A stretch of 50,672 nucleotides of DNA from NCBI GenBank assembly GCA_049964795.1, contig JBMFWY010000004.1, forward strand, positions 1 to 50,672. Reading direction: 5' to 3'. Shown here piece after piece: positions 36,858 to 46,367 of the stretch. Under the pieces are notes generated by a model, which was given only the letters and a program-made list of their open reading frames with translations, searched no databases and had not been told where the DNA came from. Position numbers and translations under genes: made by a program. Each line of letters starts with the position of its first letter. Within the stretch, counting starts at the first letter, position 1. This DNA comes from Candidatus Micrarchaeia archaeon. Lineage in GTDB: Archaea > Micrarchaeota > Micrarchaeia > Micrarchaeales > Micrarchaeaceae.

Positions 36858-36987
36858 CTTTATTTCCTCAGATTTCTTATTTGAATTAGATTTGGCGGAC
36901 GTTTAATCACAGTATAGAATTAGAAAGAAAGCTTTAAATAAGTAAATAAACGCTCTTGCAGAAGTGCAAGTAGGAAAAAGGGTAAGC

Positions 36988-38097
36988 ATGGTAAAAAAGC
37001 ATGTCTATATAATAGGCGCAGGAGTGACAGGCCTTTTCGCAGCCGCAGAATTAGCTGCGAGAGGTATAGACGTGACTGTTTATGATTCTAAGAAAGAAGT
37101 AGAGCAAGGGGCAGAAAAGGCTTCAGGAGTCCTTTCTAAAAGAGGGCTCAACGAAGCAGGCATACCATACAAAGGCTCAGAGATTAATGTCCTTAAAGGG
37201 GCGTGGTTATATGCAGGGAGTGAAGCGCTTAAAATAAAATCAGAAAAAGAGATGGCTTATGTAATAGACAGGAAGAAGCTTGTAAGGCTCTGTTATGAAA
37301 ATTCTGTTGAAAAAGGAGCAAAGATAGAACTGGGCAGGAAAATTGAGAGGGAAGAACTCCAGGAATTGTCAAAAAGTGGTAATATAATAGTTGGAGCCGA
37401 TGGCGCAGTGTCAACAGTCGCGAGCACCTTCGGATTCCCGAAAATAAATGAATACATACTTACTTACAAAGCAGAATATAGCAAGGCAAAAGTTGAAGAT
37501 AGTGAAATGGTTAGTCTTGTATTCAGCAACAGGATAAAAAGGTTCTTTGGTTGGAGTGTGCCATATTCAAAAAGTAAGATCGAGATCGGGGTAGGTATAA
37601 GCAATAGGGCAAAAACGAGCAGTACATATGCATTTGGGGAGCTTCTCAAAGAAAATCCTATAAAGGAGGCCATAGAAGGCGCAAAAGAAGAAGTAAGGCA
37701 TGCGAGCGTCATACCGCTCAGCGTCAGGGAAAAAACAGTAAAGAGAAATGTTTTGCTTGTTGGTGATGCGGCAGGCCAGGTAAAAGCAACAACAGGAGGA
37801 GGAATAATTTTCGGATCGCTTTGCGCGAAGGAAGCCGCAATGGCGATAGAAAAAAATATAAAAGAAGGCGCAAGCTTAGAAGCGTACGAAAAGATGTGGA
37901 GGGCTAAATATGGAATGGAGCTAAGGCTTCACAATATTGCTCATGAATATTATTCCTCACTTTCCACAAAAGGCTTTGAAAGGCTTTTCAAGATGGCGAG
38001 GATTTTTGGAATGGATGATTTCTTGAGCATTTATGGGGATATGGACAGCCCAAGCAGAATAATAAAGAGGTTTTTCTTGAGAGGATTGGCGGAGTAG
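36988..38097 (+). CDS. Geranylgeranyl reductase-family FAD oxidoreductase
   Basis: IIGAG..G, IVGADGA.S.VA, W..P, LVGDAAGQVK..TGGGI; start reset to ATG 36988. Confidence 0.88.
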   Translation: MVKKHVYIIGAGVTGLFAAAELAARGIDVTVYDSKKEVEQGAEKASGVLSKRGLNEAGIPYKGSEINVLKGAWLYAGSEALKIKSEKEMAYVIDRKKLVRLCYENSVEKGAKIELGRKIEREELQELSKSGNIIVGADGAVSTVASTFGFPKINEYILTYKAEYSKAKVEDSEMVSLVFSNRIKRFFGWSVPYSKSKIEIGVGISNRAKTSSTYAFGELLKENPIKEAIEGAKEEVRHASVIPLSVREKTVKRNVLLVGDAAGQVKATTGGGIIFGSLCAKEAAMAIEKNIKEGASLEAYEKMWRAKYGMELRLHNIAHEYYSSLSTKGFERLFKMARIFGMDDFLSIYGDMDSPSRIIKRFFLRGLAE

Positions 38098-38301
38098 AAG
38101 TAGAATTCAATACGAAGAAAGAAGCAGAGAAAGCTATTTATTGCTTTTTTAATAGGACTGCTATGTTTCGGATACGACAGATAATGGTGCCGGCATTTTG
38201 CAGGTTATACATATAATTGAGGAACTACACCAACAATAGGACTTGACGGCGTAAGTAATACTTGTAAGATAGATCTACTTTAAATACAATACTCTCTAGT
38301 G

Positions 38302-38567
38302 GAAATAGGGGCTGATTTGTTAGGTGATAGGAGGGCATGGTTTACCAGTTTAATAGCCAATGTTCAAATCTACGATATCCCTCTTTCAGCAGATGAGGTT
38401 CAGGCGCTCTACAAAGAGAAGATAGGCTGCGCGCCATAGATCTGCAAAACCTTATTGTTTAGCACCCGTTGAATGGCAACGCAAACGACTACTCTGGCAA
38501 CAACAATGATGGCACGCCGAGCAATGTCATATTTATGAGCAACTGTTACTCTGGCTACGCCCCATGA
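38302..38567 (+). pseudogene. Degraded LamG-like (ConA/laminin G) surface-protein C-terminus
   Basis: EIG..F...IANVQIYD.PLSADEVQALYKE.IG.AP, frameshift, IDLQNLIV*HPLNGNANDYSGNNNDG.P.NV.F; 5' part lost or unrecognisable. Confidence 0.75.
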
Positions 38568-38639
38568 TTTTGCATTTAATTTAAAGCGTTATGGATTAAA
38601 TATTGCAGGACCGCGAGGTATTAGAAGTTGCAAATTTAC

Positions 38640-40046
38640 TCATATAGAATACAGGGCCGAGCTCGCCAAGCTTGCTGCATTAATCAAAGGTTGCGGGTAG
38701 ATACCGAATACTATTACAACTGCAACACATGCATATGCAACCATTAGTGTTAAAGACGTGATGTGCACTTTTGCTTTTCCTTTCTTTATGAACATGGCGT
38801 TCATCAGCTTGCCATAGTAGTACATTGACATGAAGCTGTTGATTATACCTAAGACTGCCAGATAAAAAAGATTGGCCGAAAGCGCGCTGGAGAATAGAAG
38901 GAATTTTCCATAAAACCCAATCAAAGGAGGCACCCCCGCCATCGAAAGCATCAAGATTGTAAGCACTATTGCAGTTGAAGGCGAGGCGGATACTATGCCA
39001 GAATAGTCATCAATGCTCTTCAGGTTGAACCTTTCAAGATAAGAGACAATCGCAAATGCACCTATTATCATGAATAGGTGCGCAAATATCTGGAATATTG
39101 ATGCGCGAACGCCTATTGCACCGATTGAAACCGCAGCGGCAATCCCTATCATAATGTAGCCTGCTTGCGATATTGAAGAGTATGCAAAAAGCCTTTTGAC
39201 GTTGCTTTGCACCATTGCCAGGAGATTGCCGAAAAACATCGTGAATATTGCAAGCAGAGAAAGCAGGGGAGAAAGCGTGCCTTTTAGCACTATTAGCATT
39301 ACAAGAAGTATTTCCATCATCGCTACAAAGGCTACTTTTTTGTTAACTCCAGAAAGCATTGCAGCCATATGGCCAGGAGCGCCCTCGTAAACATCAGGCA
39401 CCCAGAGGTTAAATGGAAACTGCGCGCTTTCGACTCCGAGCGATACCGTGAACAGCACTGCTGCAAGTATTAGAAAGTATGAGATAGCACCATTGCTAAA
39501 AGAAATAGCAGATAGCAAAAGACCAGGATTGTATGGAAATACCAGCGAGATTGCAAATGCAAGCACAGTTACTGAAAGCACGGAAAGCACGAAAAGCTTC
39601 ATCGCGGCTTCTAGCCTCGATCTGCCTTCTGACAGGAGCATTGCGACTGTTGGCAATACAACCATTTCCAAGCCTAGAAGAATTTGCAGCAGGTTTGTAG
39701 CTGAAGCTACGAAGAACATACCAAGCATTGCCAAGGAAAGCAGGAATGAAAAAAGAGGATAGTCGCTAGCGCTGTCGAATGCAAGCATGCTTACAAGTAT
39801 CAATGCCGCGGCAAAAAGACCTATGAAAAAAGTAGAGAATGCGCTTATTCCCACTATTCCAAATAGAAGGGAGTTGGAAGATATTCCAAACATTGACACG
39901 AATGAGGAAATGGATACTATTGCCAGAAGCGCGATATTCCCCAGGAACGCCGCCTTTTTATTCCTGTGAAAAAGAGACAGAAGCGAAAGGAATAGCATCA
40001 GCAGTAGCGACGCGATTATAAGAAGTCCAAATCCAACCGCAGACAT
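38640..40046 (-). CDS. nuoN: Complex I-like subunit N
   Basis: EAAMK.F, PF..WVPDVYEGAP, KRLFAYSSISQAGY, SMAGVPP..GF.GK. Confidence 0.9.
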   Translation of the reverse strand: MSAVGFGLLIIASLLLMLFLSLLSLFHRNKKAAFLGNIALLAIVSISSFVSMFGISSNSLLFGIVGISAFSTFFIGLFAAALILVSMLAFDSASDYPLFSFLLSLAMLGMFFVASATNLLQILLGLEMVVLPTVAMLLSEGRSRLEAAMKLFVLSVLSVTVLAFAISLVFPYNPGLLLSAISFSNGAISYFLILAAVLFTVSLGVESAQFPFNLWVPDVYEGAPGHMAAMLSGVNKKVAFVAMMEILLVMLIVLKGTLSPLLSLLAIFTMFFGNLLAMVQSNVKRLFAYSSISQAGYIMIGIAAAVSIGAIGVRASIFQIFAHLFMIIGAFAIVSYLERFNLKSIDDYSGIVSASPSTAIVLTILMLSMAGVPPLIGFYGKFLLFSSALSANLFYLAVLGIINSFMSMYYYGKLMNAMFIKKGKAKVHITSLTLMVAYACVAVVIVFGIYPQPLINAASLASSALYSI

Positions 40047-40067
40047 TTTATTACCGTTATTACCGTT

Positions 40068-41468
40068 TCAACCAAATACGTTAAGCAATACGAAAGGCAG
40101 AATGCCAAACAGCAGCATGAAAAATATTAGTGTGCCCATTCCTGTAAATTGCATGTTGCTAATTGCGTAGAGTGCTTTTGAATGCTCCTTAGCACCATAA
40201 AACGATTTTTCTACAACAAAATAAAAGTATGCGCCCAGGAGGATCACTGCGCCGAGAGGCAGGAGCCCGTAAAAGCCAAATGATAAGAAAGCACCCATGA
40301 AAATAAGCAAGTCGCCAACAAATACAGAAGTAAGTGGAACTCCGACCATCGCGAATACTCCGAATATGAATATATACGCAAGGCCTTTTGCTTCAATAAG
40401 TGCACCTTTGAGCATGCGAATATCGCGAGCGCCGAAAGAGTAGAAGAGTGCGCCAACATCTAAGAACATCAAAGCCATTATTATTCCGTATGCAAACATT
40501 GCAAAAGCTGCCCCCTCTATTCCTATCTTGCTTAAGGAGCTTATGCCAAGAAGCACTATGCCCATCTCAAGCATGCTTGAATAGGCGAGGGCGCGCTTTA
40601 CGTCTTTCTGGCCCAGCATTGAAAAGGCCGCATAAAATACAGAAAGCGCTGCGAGAGCTGCTATGTACACAGCAAATGACTTCGAGGGCATAGCATAAGG
40701 CAGAATCAAAAGTGCGCCGTAGCCGCCAAACTTGGACAGTATGCCTGAAAGCAGCATTGTGCCACGCGTGGGGGCTTCTGTATATGCGTCGGGCATCCAT
40801 GAATGAAAAGGGAATATTGGCATGTTAATCAAAAATGCAAGAAGTGCAGCGATGAAAACCGCAAGCCGTGCAGGGCTTGCAAGCGAATATAGGCTTTGCA
40901 GTGCGGAAAAGCTAAGCGAGTGCAAAGAGGTATAAATCAGAATTATGGCAAGCAGAAGCATGCTGCTTGCAAATATCTCGTAAATAAGGAACTTCAGCGA
41001 TGCAGCCTTTCTGTTGCCAGACCCTAGAATATTTATGAAGAAAAAGGATGCGACAAGCGCTATGTCCCAGAATATGAAAAATACAAGTAAGTTGCCGGAA
41101 AGGAAAAGCCCCGACGCGGCGACCTGGAACAATAGAAGCAAGAAGGAAGATTTCTTTGCATTGTTTTCCCCGATATCTCCTGCAATTGCCGCGGCAAACA
41201 GAACTATGCTAGACATTGCAAGCAGAAGCAATGATATGGGAGTCAGCCTAAGCGAAAAGTTTATTGAAAGGGATGAGAGAAATGGGAATGTCTCTGCGAG
41301 CGATGCTGAACCGGAATAAAAAGAAGACGCAACTAGATACAAAGATATTGCAAGCGAAAGCGCAGTGGAGATGCTTGCAAGCAGCTTGCTGAACTTGCGG
41401 CCTAGCAGAGCTGAAGCTGCAAGGAATATTATCGGAATCGCAATCAATGAAAGCAGTATTGGAAACAT
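40068..41468 (-). CDS. nuoM: Complex I-like subunit M (divergent)
   Basis: P.FPFH.W.PDA..EAPT, LSGILSK.G.YG, D.KR.LAYSS, G.P.T..FVG; start reset to ATG 41468. Confidence 0.88.
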   Translation of the reverse strand: MFPILLSLIAIPIIFLAASALLGRKFSKLLASISTALSLAISLYLVASSFYSGSASLAETFPFLSSLSINFSLRLTPISLLLLAMSSIVLFAAAIAGDIGENNAKKSSFLLLLFQVAASGLFLSGNLLVFFIFWDIALVASFFFINILGSGNRKAASLKFLIYEIFASSMLLLAIILIYTSLHSLSFSALQSLYSLASPARLAVFIAALLAFLINMPIFPFHSWMPDAYTEAPTRGTMLLSGILSKFGGYGALLILPYAMPSKSFAVYIAALAALSVFYAAFSMLGQKDVKRALAYSSMLEMGIVLLGISSLSKIGIEGAAFAMFAYGIIMALMFLDVGALFYSFGARDIRMLKGALIEAKGLAYIFIFGVFAMVGVPLTSVFVGDLLIFMGAFLSFGFYGLLPLGAVILLGAYFYFVVEKSFYGAKEHSKALYAISNMQFTGMGTLIFFMLLFGILPFVLLNVFG

Positions 41469-41481
41469 TGCCGCACCGTAT

Positions 41482-43263
41482 TTACAAATTAATAGTATAA
41501 AACACAAGCATTATTGCAATCATACCTAGAGCGAATGCAAGCATATACATGCTTACATTGCCGTTTTCCAACTTTCTGAGCAGCTTTCCAAAAAGCAGAA
41601 AGCTTTCGCCCCCGTTGCGGAAGATACTATAAATGAAGCCTTCAGCGTAATAAAGCGCATCGCCTATTGCAAGAAACAGGCGTGCAATAGCGGAGTAAAA
41701 CCTATTGACATAAGTGCTAGTATAAATTGCATGCGAGGCGGAGGGATTGTAAAATATACTTGGAAGCTTCTCGGCATAGAAAGCGTAATATGATATTAAC
41801 AAACCTATTGCAATTATTAGGCTTTCTATTAGCGAATCAAGAAGGCTTATGCTTGCCGTTTTATAGCCAAAAAATGCTGGCAAGTAATAAAATGAGGCTC
41901 CCGCTGCTATTACAAATACGGCCATTATTACACCAGAAGCAAGCATGCTTTTTGGAAGGGTTCTGTAGCCTATATTGACTTCGGCGCCCAGGTCTTGGGC
42001 TGCTTTGTGCATGGGTACAAACATCCATCTGAATATGTACAGCACGCTTATGAACTCTATCACAACCAGGGCAATATAAGCATAAACGCTGCTGATTGAT
42101 TGCTCAACAAGAATCTTTCCGAAGAACCCGCTAAATGGAAATACCCCCGCTATTGAAGCAACTCCTATCACAGTTGCGGCAAACAGCACTTTGTTTTTCT
42201 GCAGATTATAGGATTCATGCAATTGCTCAGTCTTGTTTGCAGTCATTATAGAGCCCGCACTCATGAAAAGCAGGGCCTTGTAAAACGCTTGAACTACAAA
42301 AAGCACCATCGCTGCGAGCACAGAACCAAACCCTAGCGCCACAAACATGAGCCCCATGTCTTCCGTAGTTGAGTAGGCGAGTATTCTCTTTATGTGGTGT
42401 TCTGAAAGAGCATTGAGTGCTCCAAGCAACGCAGTGAACATGCCAAAAATTATGAACAGGTAAAGCAGGTGCGCTTCGATATAAAGAGGCAAAAGCACAG
42501 CTATAAGGAAAACTCCAGCCTTTACCATAGTTGAGGAATGCAGAAAAGCGGAAACAGGAGTAGGCCCTTCCATTGCATCCGCAAGCCATTCGTTAAATGG
42601 AAACTGCGCGGATTTCGTGAATGCGGCTAATGCTATTAGGGCAAGAGAAACGGAAAGAATAGGGCTAGGACCTTCAAGGAGTATTGAAGAAAAAAGCAGG
42701 CTTCCATATTTTATGAACAATATTATCAATGCGGAAAGCATCATTATGTCTCCTATTATTATTGTGGTTATTGCCTTTCTTGCAGCAGGGCCTGGCTTCT
42801 CCCTTTTATACCAAAAGCCTATGAGCAGATAGCTCGTTATGCCGAGCAATTCCCACGCTATGAACAAGGTAATAAAGCTGTAGGACATTGCAAAGAGCAG
42901 CATTGATGCTGCAAAAAGGCTCATCAGAAAATAGTATCTTCCTTGCTCGCTTGGAACTTGCATGAAGCCGTAGGAATAGAAGAATATCAAAGGAGTTATT
43001 ATACCTACAAGCGCAAGCAGCATCAGATTTAGCGGATAGGTAGCAAAAGCGAGCTGGAAGCTGAAGCCCGCAAGGCTGAACCAAGTAAAGGTGCTGTATG
43101 AATGAGGCCCCATCAGATCAACAAGTATGATTAGCAATGTTGCCAAGCTTGCCGCAAGGCTTATGTGTCGTATGTATGCACTCATCTTAGTGCTTTCTGA
43201 AAGCAGCAACGCCATAGCTGCAGACAAAAGCAGCGGTATTAATGCGTAGGTTATTGGCAGCAT
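41482..43263 (-). CDS. nuoL: Complex I-like subunit L
   Basis: WELLG..SYLLIGFW, KSAQFP...WL.DAMEGPTPVSA.LHS.TMV.AG, KALLF. Confidence 0.92.
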   Translation of the reverse strand: MLPITYALIPLLLSAAMALLLSESTKMSAYIRHISLAASLATLLIILVDLMGPHSYSTFTWFSLAGFSFQLAFATYPLNLMLLALVGIITPLIFFYSYGFMQVPSEQGRYYFLMSLFAASMLLFAMSYSFITLFIAWELLGITSYLLIGFWYKREKPGPAARKAITTIIIGDIMMLSALIILFIKYGSLLFSSILLEGPSPILSVSLALIALAAFTKSAQFPFNEWLADAMEGPTPVSAFLHSSTMVKAGVFLIAVLLPLYIEAHLLYLFIIFGMFTALLGALNALSEHHIKRILAYSTTEDMGLMFVALGFGSVLAAMVLFVVQAFYKALLFMSAGSIMTANKTEQLHESYNLQKNKVLFAATVIGVASIAGVFPFSGFFGKILVEQSISSVYAYIALVVIEFISVLYIFRWMFVPMHKAAQDLGAEVNIGYRTLPKSMLASGVIMAVFVIAAGASFYYLPAFFGYKTASISLLDSLIESLIIAIGLLISYYAFYAEKLPSIFYNPSASHAIYTSTYVNRFYSAIARLFLAIGDALYYAEGFIYSIFRNGGESFLLFGKLLRKLENGNVSMYMLAFALGMIAIMLVFYTINL

Positions 43264-43569
43264 TCAATCCCTATATTTCGAAAGCTTTGAGATATCAAGG
43301 CTCATTTCAGCCTTTGCAAGATACCTGTAAAATACAATGAGCATTATTGCTTCCACAGACATTATAGACCATATTGAAAAGAGAAGCCCCAAGGCGTTTC
43401 CCTGCGAGTAGTAGGCAAAAAATGAGAGCAAAAAGAGCATGCTTGCAACTAGCCCCACTTCGCTAGACAACACTATTATTACTGCGTGCTTGCTTGAGAT
43501 TATTCCTGCCAAGCCTATTGAAAACATTGCAAAACTTAAAAGCACAAAAGGCATAAGCAAGCTGGTCAT
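43264..43569 (-). CDS. nuoK: Complex I-like subunit K
   Basis: Three TM helices, F.IGL.G, two intramembrane Glu (SSEV, VEA); operon order. Confidence 0.85.
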   Translation of the reverse strand: MTSLLMPFVLLSFAMFSIGLAGIISSKHAVIIVLSSEVGLVASMLFLLSFFAYYSQGNALGLLFSIWSIMSVEAIMLIVFYRYLAKAEMSLDISKLSKYRD

Positions 43570-44072
43570 TTCTTTTCGCCTTTTTCACCTAGTTTCTTGT
43601 AAAGAAGTATTGCACCAATGGCAATGCCGAAAAGCAGCAACGCGGCTATGTAAAATATTGGCAGATCCGTTTGCAGGAATTCCGACTGATTTGCCATGGT
43701 AAAGGAAATTGTATTTGGATAGAGGGTTAAAAAGGAGTAAACGCCTGCCGAAGCCAAAAGAGGGTAAGCCATTACTGTAAATATTGCCAAAGCGAGAATC
43801 ACCATCAAGGCAATTCCAGTATGCTTAAAATGTGAAAAACTTTCCGAAGCTGTCCCTACAAGCAGATACGTAGATATTCCTCCAACAAGCACGAGAAGCT
43901 GCACTACGGCAAGGAGAGGCTGTGAGAGCAAGAGATAAAGCAAAGAGGTCGCTATGAACATGAGGGCTAGCAGGATTATCGCATGCAAAAGAGATCTTGA
44001 CAAGAATATGTAAAAGGAGAGCAGCAGCTCTATCGCTGCGAACACCGCGAAAATATATAGCGTTATATCCAT
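43566..44072 (-). CDS. nuoJ: Complex I-like subunit J
   Basis: Five TM helices, LAVVQLLV.VGGI; operon order. Confidence 0.82.
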   Translation of the reverse strand: MDITLYIFAVFAAIELLLSFYIFLSRSLLHAIILLALMFIATSLLYLLLSQPLLAVVQLLVLVGGISTYLLVGTASESFSHFKHTGIALMVILALAIFTVMAYPLLASAGVYSFLTLYPNTISFTMANQSEFLQTDLPIFYIAALLLFGIAIGAILLYKKLGEKGEKK

Positions 44073-44124
44073 CGCAACACTTTTTATTTGCAGTCCTAGC
44101 TTGGAGCTGCAGGCTCCAGTACAC

Positions 44125-44487
44125 TTACTTAAGGTCTTCTGGCCTTTTTATGAGGTCTCTCCTGTCAAACGCTTCAAAGCTCGTATCCTTTGTAAGCACA
44201 AGACAGTGCGTAGGGCATACTTCTTCGCAATCAGCGCAAAAAAGGCAACGCTCTAAATTTACTTGAGGCATTTTTTTAACGCCTTTGTCTGTAAAGGTGT
44301 CGACCATGTCTATGCACTGGTTTGGACATATCCTTGCACATGCACCGCAACTTATGCATGTCTGCATGTCAAGCTTGTGCGTGCCGCGGTAATTGTCCGC
44401 AAGATCTTCCTTTACTTCTGGAAATTCCAATGTAAACGGAGGCTTTAGTGCTTCTGCGGTAGTTTTCAAAAGCGATTTCAATATCAT
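44125..44487 (-). CDS. nuoI: Complex I-like subunit I (2x[4Fe-4S])
   Basis: T.EFP, YRG, CISCGACARICP and CLFCADCEEVCP. Confidence 0.92.
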   Translation of the reverse strand: MILKSLLKTTAEALKPPFTLEFPEVKEDLADNYRGTHKLDMQTCISCGACARICPNQCIDMVDTFTDKGVKKMPQVNLERCLFCADCEEVCPTHCLVLTKDTSFEAFDRRDLIKRPEDLK

Positions 44488-44532
44488 GCATTACCACGTG
44501 TTATAACCATTCAAATCCATGAAAGCTGCAAT

Positions 44533-45603
44533 CTATCTAACAAACAATGCAAATGTAATAAATATATTTAATACTGACAAAGGCATGAAGTAAAGCCACC
44601 CCATCCTAAGCAGCCTGCTTATTCTTACTCTGACTTCTGTTGCACGCACAAGCATTATTATGAAAGACAACACAAGCACCTTTATGATTATCCAGGCAAA
44701 TGAAGGGAGTAAAGGCCCGCTTCCACCTCCCAAAAAAAGCACTGCAATCAAAAGCGTGCCGACAAACATGCGCGTATAGTCTAGGAAAAGGGCAAGCGCA
44801 TAATATGGTGCGCCTACATCGGTAAGCCAGCCTGCTATAAGCTCGTTGTCGGCTTCCCTAAGGTCGAAAGGCGGCCTTTCAAGCTCCGCGAGCATTATGA
44901 TGAAGAACAATGCAAATCCTATCGGCATTAGGACTGCAAACCATATCCTGCTTTGCGCAGAAACTATCGAAACGAGGCTATAGCTGTGCGCAAGCATTGC
45001 TACGGAAGCAACTACAAGCACAAGAGGGATTTCATAGCTAAGCAGCATAAGCACTGACCTTTGCGCGCTTATCGCACCGAACTTGTTTCCGCTGGTCCAC
45101 CCTGCAAGGAAAAGTAGCAGTGGCATGAAAGAGATAAGCATGAAGATAAAGATAAGTGCAACTGAAGAATCTAATCCTATGAAATATTTCCCAAATGGAA
45201 TAAAAAATAATATCAAGAAAAACATCGCGTATACTATAGGGAGTATAAAAGGAAATAGAAAATCGGAGTTGTAAGGCACAATGTTTTCCTTTGAAAGGAG
45301 CTTTATCACATCTGCCATGTTCTGCAATATACCAAATTTGCCTAGGTAAGTAGGGCCGTGCCTTGATTGCATCCTTGCAACGGTTTTTCTTTCGATCCAT
45401 CCAAAAGAGTAGGCAAATACCATTGCGATTATCGTGAGCACTATTGCAAAAATTAAAAGCGCAAAGAAGGCAGAAACAGGCGAGATGAATACCCTCAGTC
45501 CGAGGCGAAGCAGAGTAGAATAAGAAGTATTGTAAAACGAAGCCAGCGCTCCATAGGCTGCGAAGAGGGCCAAGATATCACATTTCATATAGGGAGGGAA
45601 CAT
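44533..45603 (-). CDS. nuoH: Complex I-like subunit H
   Basis: ERK..ARMQ.R.GP, Q..AD.IKL..KE, SYEIP, R.PFDL.EA..EL; true start may be a few codons downstream. Confidence 0.92.
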   Translation of the reverse strand: MFPPYMKCDILALFAAYGALASFYNTSYSTLLRLGLRVFISPVSAFFALLIFAIVLTIIAMVFAYSFGWIERKTVARMQSRHGPTYLGKFGILQNMADVIKLLSKENIVPYNSDFLFPFILPIVYAMFFLILFFIPFGKYFIGLDSSVALIFIFMLISFMPLLLFLAGWTSGNKFGAISAQRSVLMLLSYEIPLVLVVASVAMLAHSYSLVSIVSAQSRIWFAVLMPIGFALFFIIMLAELERPPFDLREADNELIAGWLTDVGAPYYALALFLDYTRMFVGTLLIAVLFLGGGSGPLLPSFAWIIIKVLVLSFIIMLVRATEVRVRISRLLRMGWLYFMPLSVLNIFITFALFVR

Positions 45604-45688
45604 TTTTAGTTGTTTTTTGAGATTTGATTAAAAAATGTGTGATTATAGTATCATTGCGTTTTGAAAATAAGCAATTGAAGGTGTTATA

Positions 45689-45952
45689 ATGGTAAGCGAT
45701 TATGCAAAGAAAATACTACAAGAAGGTAGCGCAAGAATAAAGGTCAAAAGATTTGGCATGCTGCAGTTCCAGATCTTCAAGATAAAGAGAATAAGACTCG
45801 GGGATGAGGAATTTGCCGAACTTTCCCTGGATAGAGTAATAGACATGAGCGAGCTGCTTAGGATTGCGAATGAAACGGGCTTGCCAGTCGAAGCTGTTAA
45901 CGGCAGGGCTTTCCCAAATGGTACTTCGGCCAAGGATTTTGCCGGCCTGTAG
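45689..45952 (+). CDS. Hypothetical protein
   Basis: 87-aa ORF with AAGGTG SD, divergent from nuoH. Confidence 0.7.
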   Translation: MVSDYAKKILQEGSARIKVKRFGMLQFQIFKIKRIRLGDEEFAELSLDRVIDMSELLRIANETGLPVEAVNGRAFPNGTSAKDFAGL

Positions 45953-45956
45953 CTTA

Positions 45957-46124
45957 TTATTTCACTTTTCTCGCATGCTCTATCTCAGCACAGGACTTGC
46001 ACAAAGGTATGGTATTGTTGGGTGAGAAAAGTATGTATATGCCTGAGGCAGGCTTGCCGCACAACATGCACTTTTCCTCTCTTGCCTCGACCGGGCTGCT
46101 TTTGCTTTTCTTTTTGGAAACCAT
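45957..46124 (-). CDS. Small zinc-finger protein (CxxC...CxxC)
   Basis: MVSKKK...CMLCGKPA...LCKSCA; ATG at 46124. Confidence 0.6.
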   Translation of the reverse strand: MVSKKKSKSSPVEAREEKCMLCGKPASGIYILFSPNNTIPLCKSCAEIEHARKVK

Positions 46125-46367
46125 ATTCCCACACTCTCGCAACTTCACCTACTTTGATTACAGGCGCTTCATATGTTGCTTTGCAAGCGCTAAGCACAAC
46201 AAATGGCAACCAAATGTGCCAAATGACAATAAGCGGTTGTTGCACACTTATTTATAACTTTGCGACACTTTTATACAGTATAAGAATTTGCGTTTTATTC
46301 TTCACTTTGGCCTAGTCGGCAGCTGTTTTGTTCGATTTAATATATCCAGTATGTAAGAGGTGAAAAC

